Made by a program: the position numbers and the translations under genes. Positions 13,281 to 26,473 of a stretch of 64,000 nucleotides of DNA are shown piece after piece. The notes under the pieces were generated by a model. It was not told the origin of the DNA. It did no database searches and was given only the letters and a program-made list of their open reading frames with translations. The stretch is taken from NCBI GenBank assembly GCA_027604505.1, contig JADIIX010000047.1, positions 1 through 64,000 on the forward strand, written 5' to 3'. The DNA comes from Gonapodya sp. JEL0774 (taxonomy: Eukaryota). Position 1 is the stretch's first letter. Each line of letters starts with the position of its first letter.

Positions 13281-14291
13281 GCTTGAGTTCCAATACACAA
13301 TAATAGGGATCGCTCAAAGCTTCTATGTACTCTATCTAAATCTCCTTTCTCCTTTCCCCTCCCAAATCGCACATTGATTGGGATCTGTTGTGTTAGGAAG
13401 CTCAAGAATCCACAGCGTCCTGATTGAAATGGAAAACGGTATGTTTTAGTGTATGAAATGATGTATTTCATTTTTACATGAATTATCAATAAATAATACA
13501 TGAGTTTCCACAAGTTTTGTTGATCCAAGTTCGGGAGGGTTCGGCCTGTTACAGTCAGGTTTGGCAGACGTCAATGCTGGCAGATCGGTTTCACTCTAGG
13601 AAGATAGGAAGAACGTCGTGCCACTTTCTAAATGAACTCAAATCATCGGTAACAGAACCAGCAGTGCGTTCGATTCAGTGCGGCCTGGGTTCATCGGCCA
13701 AGTCGTCATGGCCTTTTGGAATTTCGAACACCATGAAATATCCCACAGAGTCCAATCAGATGCAAATATGAAAACACACCAAGCAGCAATTTGAAATCGT
13801 CACCCGAAAGTCCCGAATCGACAAGTCCGTGGAAACTAGAGGAAAGCGAGAACCCACTCAATTCCACTTCCGAAACAACGGGGCATCGTCGCATAGGAGT
13901 TATGTAATTTCACCCAAATTCCCCTCACACTTGTTGCCACCAGATGTGGCACCCAGCGAGCTGCAAGACCAAAACATACAATACAATACATATCAGTTGC
14001 ACGCGTTCATGTATTGAGCTACCCCCCTATGTACACGACAAAAAACCCCTGACCCCACACAAGGAACCCGTCACACGAGTACCTACGCACGGAAAGGACG
14101 AGCGTAGCCAGGAGCACGAGGGGTGAGGGGACGGGTCAGCCCCCCTCCCCCCCCCCTCCGAATCGCGACGAGCAGGACACATGGGCACAGGGCACACGGG
14201 TCGATGCGTGGGTGATCGATGCGTCCACATCCACCTTCACCTCTGACCTCCGACCTCCGACCTCCGGCTTCATGCGCCAGCGGGCCGACGT

Positions 14292-16496
14292 TTACTCCTT
14301 CTGCACCAGCGCGGGGTTCGGTTCCCCTTCCACATCCCCCTTGTCCTTCTCCTTCTCCTTCTCCCTCGCCGCCGCCGCCGCCACCGCCCACCCCACTCTC
14401 ACGGCCACCACCCCGCCCCTGACCCTCTCCTCCCTCTCCAACCCCTTCACCCTCTGTTCCAGCACCTTCTTCCTCTCCACGAGCACCTCGGTCCTCTGCT
14501 TTTCCTCCCTGAGCTGCTTCTCCAACACCCCGTTTTGCCCGCGCAGGGTGCGCACGTGGTCGTGGAGGAAGGTGCGCGCAGAGGTGAGCGCAGAGGTGTG
14601 CAGGGACGACAGGTGGGAGTTGAGCGCGCGGTGGGTCGTGACGCGGGTGGTGAGAAGCTGGCGGTCGAGAGCGGCTAGGGCGAGGGCGTGGGAGGATTCC
14701 TGGAGGCGGGAGAGGTACCAGTGCCACACGGCACGGCGAAGGGGAAGGGACGGTGTTGGTGGGGTTGTGAGACGATGAGCGCGGTCCGACGGATGCGGAA
14801 CCCTCGTTCTACACTCCATCGCCACCGACTCGTGGTCCGAGTACGCCGGGGCCGGGGGCGATCACGGAGTGCGGGGGTGCGGGGGGTGCGGGAGGTGCTG
14901 GGGGTGTGCGCCGAAATCACGTACCATGTCAGCGATCTCCTTGGTCAACTTCGCCACCTCTGCGGCGTGTTTGGCGCGTTGGGACTGCCATAGGGTACGG
15001 ACGGACCCGGGGCGGGGCGGGGAGGGGTGGGCGAGGATCAAAGGAGGACGGGGGTGGGCGGAGTGAGTGGGGAAGGGACCGAGGGAGGGGGGGAAGAGGT
15101 GAGAGGTTGAGAAGGGGGCAGGGAACGGGAAAAGAAACGGGGAGGCGTCAAGCATGGTCACGGCGGGAAAAGGAGAGTGACGACTCCCAGCTTGCCACGG
15201 TGTCCCCCCGCTCCCGCCCAACTCACCACCACATCCCCCATATCCTCCACCTCCCCCCTCCTCATCTCCACCGCCTCCTCTAGCTCCCCGACCTCCTTCT
15301 CCAACCTCTCCACCTCCCTGTCCACCGCTTGTTCCTGCTCGAGTCGCGCTCGGTCAAGCGCCGTGGCGTGCTCGACGTGCTCCTGCCGGAGATGTGCCAG
15401 ACGGGATTGGTTCGTGAGGTGCGAGGTGGTGAGGTGGGAGATGTAGGAGGACTTGGGGAGGGGGAAGGGGGGGAGTGCGGAGTGAGTGCGCGGTGAGTAC
15501 CTGTGCCCTATTTCGTATTGTTCGAAAGCTCCAACCTCCCACACCTCGTCGACAGCACGAGTCTTGATCGCTCATCTGTCGCCACTGCTCGTGTGAGGCC
15601 GACCTCCGACCGGCAAGGTCTCTGTCTGCGAGGCAAACGCGCACAATCTCGCAAACGCCCGAACTCCAGTTTCGCTTCCGGGACAAGCTCGCGCGGCAAG
15701 CCCCCCACGCCCCCCTGCCTCAAAAACGTACTGTCTCTGTCTGTGCGGTCTCGATTTCCTTCCTGTACCACTCGTTTTCCGCCGATCTTGATCGCGATCG
15801 AACAGTGAATGCGAGAAACAAACAAGGCGGTGGTGCAAAAGATACGGGGGACCAATAATTGAACGGACGATGTCAGTGCGAATTCGGGGGTGCGTGATTG
15901 ACCACCTGACTCCGGCGGGCAAGGGGGTGGACTCACAGTCTTGCGTGGTTTGTGCGGAGGTGGGCGAGGTGGGCGTCGAGGGAGGCGAGTCTGGGGAGTG
16001 GAGAGTGGGAGGAGGGAGGATTGTGGCGGATTGTGGCGGAGGTGCGGTCAAAGTGCAGCGTGGTTTTCATTTGGCGTGCGCGGGCGGGGGCAGCGGGGGA
16101 GGGAGAGAAAGACACCCCAAGACCGAAACACCAGCAGCTCCCCCACCCACTTCATTTCGTATTAGGAGAACTCTACCGTCCCTTGCTATTTGGAGAAGTC
16201 CAACCGCGACCAGAGTCCCGTCCCCCAACCATGGCCGACTCAAGCAAGACTGTTAACAACCCCACCTCCAACACGCACTTTGCCTTGAGCTTGTCTTCAT
16301 TCAAGTCCTCGATCCTGATCTCGCTTATAACGCTGTCAGGCAGAGACTTGTAGAATGCGTGGAGTGCGTCGAGGTGCGGGTTGGTGTTGGTGTGTGGGGT
16401 TTGGCTGTCGGAGGGAGAAGCGGGGGACGACTTGGCCCGTGCGCTGTTCTTCTTCTTCTTCTTGGGCGACTTGGACTGGCTCGATGACGTTTCCAT
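14292..16496 (-). CDS. Hypothetical multi-exon coiled-coil protein
   Basis: ATG 16496 (METSSSQSKSPKKKKK...); heptad-rich exons (RLEQEQAVDREVERLEKEVGELEE; HAAEVAKLTKEIAD; LEKQLREEKQRTEVLVERKKVLEQRVKGLE) separated by GT-AG introns. Confidence 0.7.
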
Positions 16497-16603
16497 GCTG
16501 TGGTTGGGCCGTGGGTGGGATGGGAATGGGTGCTTGTTGTGTGTCCGTGTGTGGAGTGATCGATCGATCGTGGTCCCTGCACTGTGCTGTGGTCTCCTCT
16601 GTG

Positions 16604-17751
16604 GGATTACCGTGATTAACATGGCATTCGACTCGCACACAATTCCTCTGGATGCACGTCGGTTCGAAGGGCAGTGCACTGGAGGCCAACGCGTTCCACG
16701 TGAATCAACGAGGGAAGAATATCATGCATTTGCAATCAGAGAAAGTTGCACCATTCATCCTCCTAATGCTTGTTTGTCCACGGAATGTCACTGTTATAAA
16801 AGTTCTCCTAGGTCTAACATGTATCAATCCTGTTCACTTCCTCGTAACTCCACAACGTAATCTTCACTCCTTCGACTTCCGAGTACCTTGTCTGCAAGCA
16901 GAATCCCACACTTTTCTGTGATTGGTAAGTGTGATGAAGCACTCTTCGAGTCCGAAATTCAGGGTACTAAGCAGTCTCTCCGATTCACATTCACATGAAC
17001 AGATATCCGCAGAGGAGCACCTCCTGCACCGACGGGCGGGCGCCACCCTGGGAAGACTGTGGTCTTCCCACTCCCGGGATTCGGCGCGCATTGGTTGTCG
17101 CTCTGATCACGCGATGGCCGGTGCTCGATGACTGACAAGCGTGCTGGGGTACGGCTTGTGCGGTCGCCGATCCGTGTTCGAGCCTCACAGGTCTTCGGAC
17201 CACCATGTACACAGGGAGGTACATAACTGGGTTCATTTGGTGTTCCCAACCCGGAACTCTCGCGCATGTTGTTCCTACGCTGATCACGCTTGAGGAGCTC
17301 GGCGGCTGACTCGCAATGCCAGTGCCAAGAACACTGCGACGCCATGCCAGTACCATCTGCCAATAACGCAAGCATAGAGGCATTGCGAGTGCAGTCCGTC
17401 CATAAAGCGCAGGGTTTTGGATCCAGCGCCACCCGAGGCCTCATGGAGTCGCGGGTCTCCTTCGGTCGGTCCAAAACGGTGTTGACGGACACGGGCCCGG
17501 TACCGACTGGTGCCACCACCTCATCTGGCTCATTCTCGATCATACTTGAGACTCCAGGGTTTCAACCTCTGTGAAGTTCGGCTCAGATCGTCCAAATTGC
17601 GGTATTCCCAAAGTCATTCATTCTCATCAAGAATTGGCCATCATACCAGAACCAGTTGACTTGCGACGGACAACATTACTACAATCATGAGGTGAGTAGG
17701 TTGATTCGAGTGAATCATGGAATTCACATTTGTTCCGTCGTTGGCATGCCG
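16604..17751. repeat. Copy 2 of the inverted duplication, internally deleted relative to copy 1
   Basis: Reverse complement of 9941-11051 fused at ~16649 to the reverse complement of 11797-11842. Confidence 0.95.
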
Positions 17752-18801
17752 CGTATGCAGGTGGGGCGCAAGAGCGAGCAGCCTCCTCGCGGCGCCATGG
17801 AAACGTTTCGGCTGCTGTCCTGCTGAAGTGGCTAATGCTCGCTTCATATTCGCCGGACGAGTTGAAAAATGAGTGCAGAGATATACTGTCCTACGTACTT
17901 TTGGTTTATTGAGATTGCACATCTGGTGAGCTCTCTTGGTCCCAGAAAGTGTCACCGACGGCATCCGTCGGTCGCTCTGCAAGCGATGCTCCCGACGTTG
18001 CTCCGACACCAATGAAACAGGAGTGTCTGTAGTGAACGTTCTATTGTGAGCTCATATAAAATTCAGATCTGCGTGTAATGTCGGTTACAGATGAGACATG
18101 ACGTCACGTGAATTCATTTGCATTCCCATGAATTGATTGAAACCTCCGTGATGAATGATGATTGCGTTGACAAGTTCAAGTCATACTATGAATCTATATA
18201 AGTCAACGCGTATGAACTGATGTGGATATCAGACAAGTGAATCCACATGAAATGACGTGAACTACGTCTCCATGACGATTCTTGCAGCCCACCACGAGTG
18301 CAGAGTGACGGCATTTACGAACTTGTACCAGTACTTTACCCCAACCAGTTCTGTTTTGATCACTTCCTCGTGATTGGCTTCGGGTGGGCATTCTTTGCCG
18401 TGTAAGGAGGGGTACATACATCGACTAGGTGAGACCGCACCAAGTGCATGAATAAAATGAGACCATCTCGATTCATTTCATGTTTCCAATGGTTGCAATG
18501 TTATTGATATCTTTTGGGGTCACTTTTCATACGAGTTTGCGACTGAGGCCAACCGCCCACCCCACGGAGCAGACGACAGCACGCGCAGAGGCAGAATCGA
18601 GACACCGCACACGCATTGGCGCTCAGCCCATCCAGCAACGCACGCATCCGCATCCGCCCATACGCCACACTCAGCCCACCCAGCACTCTGTGTCCCCTGT
18701 CGCCCCCTGTCGCCCCCCCTCACCCCGCTTGACTCCCACACTCCCACACCCCGCCTAAACCCCCCCGCCCCATTCACCCGCACTCAATCCCGCACTCCAA
18801 A

Positions 18802-21045
18802 ATGTCCGGAATCCTCGAATCGCTCTTTGGAAGGCAAAAGACTCCCGCTGAGCTGCTCAGACAGCACCAACGCTCCCTGCAACGCGCAATGCGCGAACTC
18901 GACAGAGAGAGGGCTAAAATGGAGACAAGTGAAAAGAAAATTATCATGGATATCAAAAAAGCGGCAAAGGATAACCAGATGGTACGTGCCTGAGCCTTGT
19001 CAGCGAGACGGGGTTCCCGGGGCGGGTGGTGAGCGAGTCTCCCGGAGAGAGGGAGCGGTCCCTATGGACCGAGGGCCCATGTAGACCAGTTGACCTTTGG
19101 CTTGGCTTGGACCAGTTGGCCTCTTGTCCGGGTGTGCCTCTCCGTATAAGACTTTTGCCGACCCCCGTCCTTCCCCGGACCGGGTCTCACTTGTCGACGG
19201 ACGGACCTACCCTACCGAGACCGCTCCCTTGGTCGGATCAATCAATCCATCGATGGAGCCATTGGTCACGTGAGAGGGTTCGTGGAACCTAGCATCGTGC
19301 GAGTCTGATGGGTCGGGGAGACGGGTGGCCTCGTCGGTGGACGGGAAACGGGAACGGTCCCGGGGGTCGGGATGAATGTCGGACAGGACGGGAAGGGACA
19401 GGGACCATTGTTTGGACGGAGAGTGATAGTGCTAGACGGTTGGGGCAGTCGTAGTCTCGCAGGTACCTTGCCGACCTGGCGGGAACCACTGGACTGACTG
19501 TTTTACCTCCAACACCTGCCCTCTCCGAACCCTCCCTACTCCGCGTTCCTGCTACTCCCTCACCCTTCTCCCTCCTCCCTTCTCGTTCTCCCCTCGCCCG
19601 TGTCCCCCTCCCTAACCTCGCATCACCACCACCACCACACCAACCAGGGCGCCTGCAAGATCATGGCCAAGGACCTGGTCCGCACCCGCCGGTACATTCA
19701 AAAGTTTTACCAGATGAAGACGCAGTTGCAGGGCGTGTCGCTCAAGATACAGGTGTGTGAGCGGGCAGGTGGGGGCGTGGGGGACGCGGGGTTTGGACAT
19801 TGAAGGGGGAGGTGAGGACTTTCTGGTGGTGTTTGTAATGTGAGCGTAGGCGCAAACGAGAAGGGAGAAGGTGGACGGGTGGTTGGGCGATCAATTAAGA
19901 GGGGTAGCGGTGGGGTCGGGGGAAGGAAACGTGGTTGTTGTTGGACGAGGCGAGGGCCAACGGGGTGGTTCATGGCGGTGTGCACCACCCTCCGCTCACA
20001 CACTTACTCATCGCTGTCACCCACCCCCACCTCCCCCCCACCCGCACACCCCTTCCCCCCACAGACCATGCGCTCTAACCAATCCATGTCCGAGGCCATG
20101 AAGGGGGTCACCAAGGTGCGTTGGACGAAAGCATCGCCTTCCTTATGGCAGAGCGGTGTAACCCTCGACCCTCGACCCTCAACCTTCAACCTACTCTCTC
20201 CCCAAATTCCCCGTCCCCTCCCCCTCCCGTCCCGTTCCCCCCCCGGTTCCCCTCATCCGCCCAGGCCATGCGCATGATGAACGCCCAGATCAAGCTTCCC
20301 CAAATCAACCAGATCATGCTGGACTTTGAGCGGGAAAGTTCCACCTTGGAGCTCAAGGAGGAGATGATGAACGAGGCCATCGACGGGACCATGATGGAGG
20401 ACGAGGACGAGGAGGAGGAGGAGAGGGTCGTCATGGAGGTGTTTGATGAGATCGGGATTGGGTTGGATGCGCAGGTGAGTGGTTGGGGTGGTGCGCGGTG
20501 GGGGCCGGTGGGGAGAAGGGGATGGGTGATAGGGCAAGGGGAGGGGGAGGCCGTGGGGAAGGCGGAACGGGACGTGGGGGCGTTGGGGTTGCGAAGGTGA
20601 CATAGGGGTGTTTAGGCGTGTACCTGTGGTCGTGGGTTGTGGGGTTTGTCGTCTACTGTGACAGGCGTGAGGGCTCCTGGAGTGGTGGGTTGGCGTCCGG
20701 GGGTAGGAGCAGGATCAGGACAGGACCGCACCGGGGTTTGGATGTGCAGCGGACAAAAGACTCGCAACTTGCAACTGGCCCCTCGCGGAGCGCCTCGATC
20801 GCCTCACACGGCCCAGATGTCACTCTCTGCCCCATTTCCTGACCTCTGTCTTCCCTCAAACCCCCTCCCTCCGGTTCTTCCCCACCTCCCAGCTCGCCTC
20901 CGCCCCCACCTCCCGCGTCGGCGTCGCCGCCGCCGCCCGGGCCAAGGCCACACCGCAGCCAGTCGGGGCGCTGGGGGATGGCGGCGGAGGGGACGATATC
21001 GACGCGGCGTTGCAGGCGAGGTTGGATAATTTGAGGAGGGATTAG
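18802..21045 (+). CDS. VPS2: ESCRT-III subunit Vps2/Did4 (CHMP2A)
   Basis: KTPAELLRQHQRSLQRAMRELDRER...; MAKDLVRTRRYIQKFYQMKTQLQGVSLKIQ; MRSNQSMSEAMKGVTK; C-terminal LQARLDNLRRD*. Exons ~18802-18981, 19648-19752, 20064-20115, 20265-20474, 20893-21045. Confidence 0.97.
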
Positions 21046-21342
21046 CGTGTGGAGGGGCGGTTGAGGGGGAGTAGGGGAAAGGGGTTTAAGGAGGGAAAAG
21101 GGTGGTGGTTTTGGTGGTTGGTTGGTTTGGCCCGACCTCGATGGTTTGGTTCGGACACGATCGGTGGAACACAACATATATTTGGCTTTTTCTTTCTTTT
21201 CTTTTTTTTTTTCCTGCTGGTTTTTGTTTGCATGTGATTTGCAATCAATGTTTACTGTATGGAGTGGGAGTATGTATTGAAGGTACGAGGGAACGGACAA
21301 AGTGGGGAATATAACCTCTGCCTGGTCAGTGTCCGCGGAATC

Positions 21343-24090
21343 ATGTCTGCACCCTTGCAGCAAAGACCTAGAGAGAAGCGGAGACGAAACCCACCGCCAA
21401 GGCCTGAGCGGTGAGCGTAATCTTTCACTTGCGGCTGTCATTGAACTATTTCCAGACTGGTTTGGTATTTTATGTCATCATCATTTCCTCGACTGCCAGA
21501 ACCAACGATCGATTGAGTAAACTGGAAGCAGTTCTTCGTGGCTCCACTGGCATCACAAAACGGTCACCCCTGCGAAACCGCTCTGGGGTCAAGAACTTGA
21601 CGTCGCAAACTACTCCATCACAGGAAACCACAAATGACCGCCTACGATCGCAATCGAGTTTATTTCTGCAAGATCAATCGTTTCAACGGCTATTGGGTCC
21701 TTCTGATCACGTGGATGCGGTGAATGGGCTTCCGTTGCGACTTTCCCAACTCCTCCCCCTCGAAATGCAACGGCTCATATTCAACCAGTCCCGATCTTAC
21801 GCCAACCCACTCCTTCGGTCTCTATCTATTTTCGACGACCTCCCGCCTCTCCCGGATGTCTTCGAGTGCAATAGACTGCTCTCGGCTTACTTTGAACGCA
21901 CTTCAAGCACCTTTTCGATAATGCATCGCGAACGATTCTTCCGGTCGAAGAGATTTAGACACCCAGCTCTACTTATGAGGTATTATATAGGCTGCATGTC
22001 TTAGCACATGCTAGTCATTGATGACTCCGTGCTTGGGAACTACGTCTCAGCGTTTTAAGTCTGGGGTGCCACTTCTGTCAGGAGGACCCCTCTTATTGCG
22101 TTGAGATGCAATCTAAGGTCGCCATCACTGAGCGACTAGCTCGTTTATTGAAGCACATCGCTGGGCAACCACCTAATCTTGACAAGGTTCAAACTTTGCT
22201 GCATGTCGCGATTTCGTTGCTGGCTGGTGCGCAGATGGGCGCTGCAGCTGTTGCCATGGCAGAGTGTATCAGCAACGTGCGGCTTATGAAAGAAGCAAAG
22301 CGTCATGTTCGCAAATATGAATCTGTGGTTGGCGACAGCGCAGAAACAGCCACAGATGTGGACGCACAATTGGTTGAGGAAGAGGAATCCAGAATTTTTT
22401 GGTTTGTGGCGTTCTTCGACATGATGATGGGCGCTTGGGTGAGTAAATCGGGCCCGTCCATTTCGCAAATGGAACTCCTAGAACTGCCCATGTAAGTGTG
22501 GTATCTGTTCCCGACCACTCCGGGTCAAGTCTCAAGCAATTTTTTGCCGTTTTCTCCACTCAAGTCCTTCTGGTGAATCATTGTGGTCATCAGGCCTAAA
22601 TGCTTTGATGACAACATCCAACCTCCGTACTCGCCCTACTCTGGCTCTCTTTATGGATCCCATCACATGGCCGCTTGAGTGCACTGCTAGCAACAACGCT
22701 TTGGGATCGTTTGCATTTACAGATGTTCTGAACGTGTATTGCTTCAGACAGGTGCTGGCATATGTAAGTGGATTCCCTTATCACATTCAACCTTTTTTGA
22801 CCATGAGAAGCACATGCACAAAATCATTGGACCATCATTCTCAGCGACATAAACCTTCTAATGAATTACACGCAGCCGTTACGTTCTCTCTCACAACTTG
22901 GTTTGCTCGGTTCCACAATGAGCTTGGACTCCCCGTCCCTGAGATCTCCACCAGTTTGGACTCACTGCCCCTGCTCCATCCTTGCCACGACGTAGTTGCT
23001 GCAACACCTTGGGCGCTGGCGCTTTTTGTGCAGTATCATTGCATGTGGGGTTTGTTCCTCTCACCTCTGCCAGGATCGGGGGATTTCGATCATGATGAGG
23101 TGGGATATTCGTTGAGTTTACACAGTAACCTATGATTCTGGCAACTGACATGGCATGATAAGATCTGTTCCGGTGGTGGTAATACCGCACCATTCATTCG
23201 TGCGTGGGTGGCAAGTCCGTCCTTTGTTATTTGCCTCGACCACGTTCGGATTGCTATCAGCGCTTTGGACAAGTTTCTCACTCTTCACGGTGAGAACATG
23301 TTTCAGGACTTGCTGTTCCCAGGAGGTGGCTTTGGATGTGAGTGCTTTTGATAGTTCAATGGCGTGTTGTGAACTTACACCCTGTTGGGATAATCTTCCG
23401 TATTGGTCGTAAAAGTGAGCATGTCTGTTCTGCCGCTCATTATCTCCGCCAAGGAGGCAATTTGTACCTATGAAGCATCTATTGGTACTTCACCAAATAC
23501 TGCATCGCAACCTCCACCGCAAGTCCTTCTACAGTTCCTCAGGGAGACTCGTGCTCAGATATTAACTGCCATCAAGGTATTGCATGTGCTTAGCAAAGGG
23601 CGTGGGCATTCAATCATGGATCGCGGAGTTGGTGAGCAGCTTTTCGGAGGATGAATGCGAAGCTGGAGCTGTGGCAGAGCAGGAAGCGTGCTGAACACAA
23701 CATGACATTTCTGTTCTCTCCAAACACCCCCCGCTGACATCAGTTGCCGCTCACTTGATCGAACGGCTGTTCAACTCCGTCATAAATTCCACTTCTCTTC
23801 GAGATACAAGCCGGCTGGTAGATTGGGTTGCTCGCGAGTCCACCAGTATCATCTGGCGCATGTACGAAGTGAGCTCAGGAGTAGCCTCACCAGATTGTGC
23901 AGTTGCCCCAGGAATTTTGAGAGGCATGCATCTTGAGAGTGCAGACGCTACTACAGGTGGCTCAACAACCTGGTCTGAGATTGGGACTTTGTTGACGAGA
24001 GTTGGAACTCCCGTAGTGAGATGGAACGCGGAAGTAGTTGTGGATTGTGGATTGGAGGTCGTTCAACAGGTCTTAGCGCAAGGGTACTAG
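21343..24090 (+). CDS. Fungal-specific transcription factor domain protein (Fungal_trans / middle homology region)
   Basis: RLSKLEAVLR coil; LP....CNRLLSAYFERTSSTFSIMHRERF; EEESRIFWFVAFFD motifs; multiple GT-AG introns. Confidence 0.75.
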
Positions 24091-24793
24091 GCGCATGGCA
24101 CACGAACCCAGGAGCATCTTGGGATCATCGATCAAATGGATTATCCCAGCGGTTATCTGTACTGTTTTTCCAGTAGAAAATAGAGTAGATCAGCTGTTCT
24201 GATGCATGTACATATTTCATCTACTAGTGCATAGTTCTTTCGGATCCAATTTAGGAGTTAAAGGAAGCGCCAAAACTGAGATCCACCAAAATGACACGCC
24301 GCAGAAGCTGGGTGTGGAGTCAGGGTTGACTGGGCTATAAAGCTGCGAATTGAAATGATCAAATTGCATAAGTAAGTTTGGATCGATTATATTCTGAAGT
24401 TGCACATCGGTGGGTGCGAAGTGGCAGAAGTATTCGTCACCACTACGCTGCCGTGAGTGTGAAAACTCCCTCGGCTCCGCGGGACAACCCGCCCTCCAAA
24501 GCTTATCACTAGTGCAGCACACCACATCAAGTATGTGGAAAATTGGCTCTGTAGTGTACTTGCATTTTCTCGGGGTAATGTTTCGAAGACGACGCGTAAC
24601 GTGCACCGCCTGAAAAAGCAGCTAGAAATCTATTATCCCCTCCTAATATGGGTTGATGTGGTGAATGTGGTGGGTTTCGTTCGTGGGTTGGTGGGCGAGT
24701 GTTGTTGGGAGTACATAGGGGCAAACAAGTGTATGGAAAGCAACCACCAACCAGTCGCGAACCCACACAGACACTATTCGAAAAAACCTCACG

Positions 24794-26416
24794 ATGCCGC
24801 CCAAAGCGTCCAGCAAATGTACGAAACTGATGCACATCCACACACTCGTTCGCGATCGATTCTGACGTGGGAAACCCCCCTTCCTTTCCCCCACAAACAG
24901 CGGAGCAGAAGCAGAAGGCCAAGATCGTGGAAGACAAGACGTTCGGTCTCAAGAACAAGAACAAATCGTCAAAGGTGGCCAAGTATGTCGAGCAGGTGAA
25001 AAAGCAGGTGGATCAGATGGGTAACAGGAAGGAGATGGTGGGTTGTTCTCCTGGTTTGAATCATCGGGGCCGGTGGGTGGGGTGTTGGTGCGATTCTTAG
25101 CAAGAACCCCACCCCGATGCCCATTTATTAGGAAGCAAAAGAGAAGGCGAAATTGGATTTAGCAGCACGGAAGAAGGCGGAGGAGGATAAGAAGAAGGAG
25201 ATGGCCGAGTTGTTCAAGCCGGTGCAGACGCAGAAGGTGCCGTTTGGTGAGTACCGCGGGCCCGACACAGCGAATGAAGTCGTCTTTCCTCAAAACATCC
25301 ACATCACTTTGTTCTCGTTCTCTTTGAAAGGCGTGGATCCGAAGACGGTCTTGTGTCAGTTTTTCAAGGCGGGCCACTGTGAGAAGGGGTCCAAGTGCAA
25401 GTTTTCGCACGACCTCAACATCGAAAAGAAGGCGGCAAAGATCGACTTGTACACTGACCAGCGAGAAAAGGGGAAAGAGAAAGAGAAGGAAGGTGTGTGC
25501 TTTTGTCCCACTTACCCCCCCGCCCACACCGAACCCAACCTGCGCATTGCATTCACCCACATTCAAACCCCGTGACACACTTCCAGATACTTCCGAATCT
25601 TGGGATCAGTCCAAACTCGAATCGGTCGTCAAGCAGAAACACGCAGCCGAAGCAGCAGTCAATGTGAACCGGCCGACCGACATCGTCTGCAAGTTCTTTA
25701 TCGACGCCATCGAAAGCGGCAAGTACGGATGGTTCTGGGTGTGCCCGAACGGAAACGACAAATGCAAATACCGGCACGCACTTCCGCCCGGATTCGTACT
25801 CAAAAAGAAGGAAACAGTGGAGGAGAGGATGGAGAGGGAGGAGCGCGAACGGGAGAACGAGATTTCGCTGGAGGAATTCCTTGAGACAGAGGTGAGTGGC
25901 TTTGTTGCCCGTGGTCTGCTCTGCTACCGAGCTCCTCTGGAACCTCCGTGCGTTCGGTGGGTCTAGCGACACAACCTTGGTCCCAACCTGACCCCAGTCA
26001 CACTCGAAACCTTCACGGCCTGGAAGCAACGCCGTAAAGAAGCCGCTAAAGCTTCCGCTGAACAAGCGGCAAAGGATCGTGAGGAGGCGTATCGGAAACA
26101 GAAGGCGGGCGGAAAGGCGGCGATGCAATTCTCGGGCAGAGAGCTGTTCGACTTCAACCCCGAATGGCAACAACAGGACGACGGAGAAGCGGTGGAAGAG
26201 TACGAGCGGGACGAGTCTGTGCATGAGGATGACGACGAGGAGTCAGATTCAGACGAGAACGACGATGGGTCGGACGCCGGGGAACCGCGTGCCAACGGAT
26301 CGCGGGCGTACGAGCCTGGTGAAGGGTCGTCCGCTGGACCAGCAGGAAATGGAGATGTTGTGGATGAGGACTTGTTTGCAGCCGAAGATGTAGGAGACGA
26401 TGACGATGAGGACTAA
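24794..26416 (+). CDS. TMA46: CCCH zinc-finger DRG partner Tma46/ZC3H15
   Basis: [86 protein letters not shown]. Confidence 0.97.
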
Positions 26417-26473
26417 TGAGAACCAAACCATGAAAGGGGTTCTGGATGCAATATGTATATTGGTTGAAGTAGT

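Noticed and set aside
16959..17543. 194-aa ORF inside the inverted repeat as a real gene
   Set aside because: Frameshifted in the other copy and has no recognisable domain.
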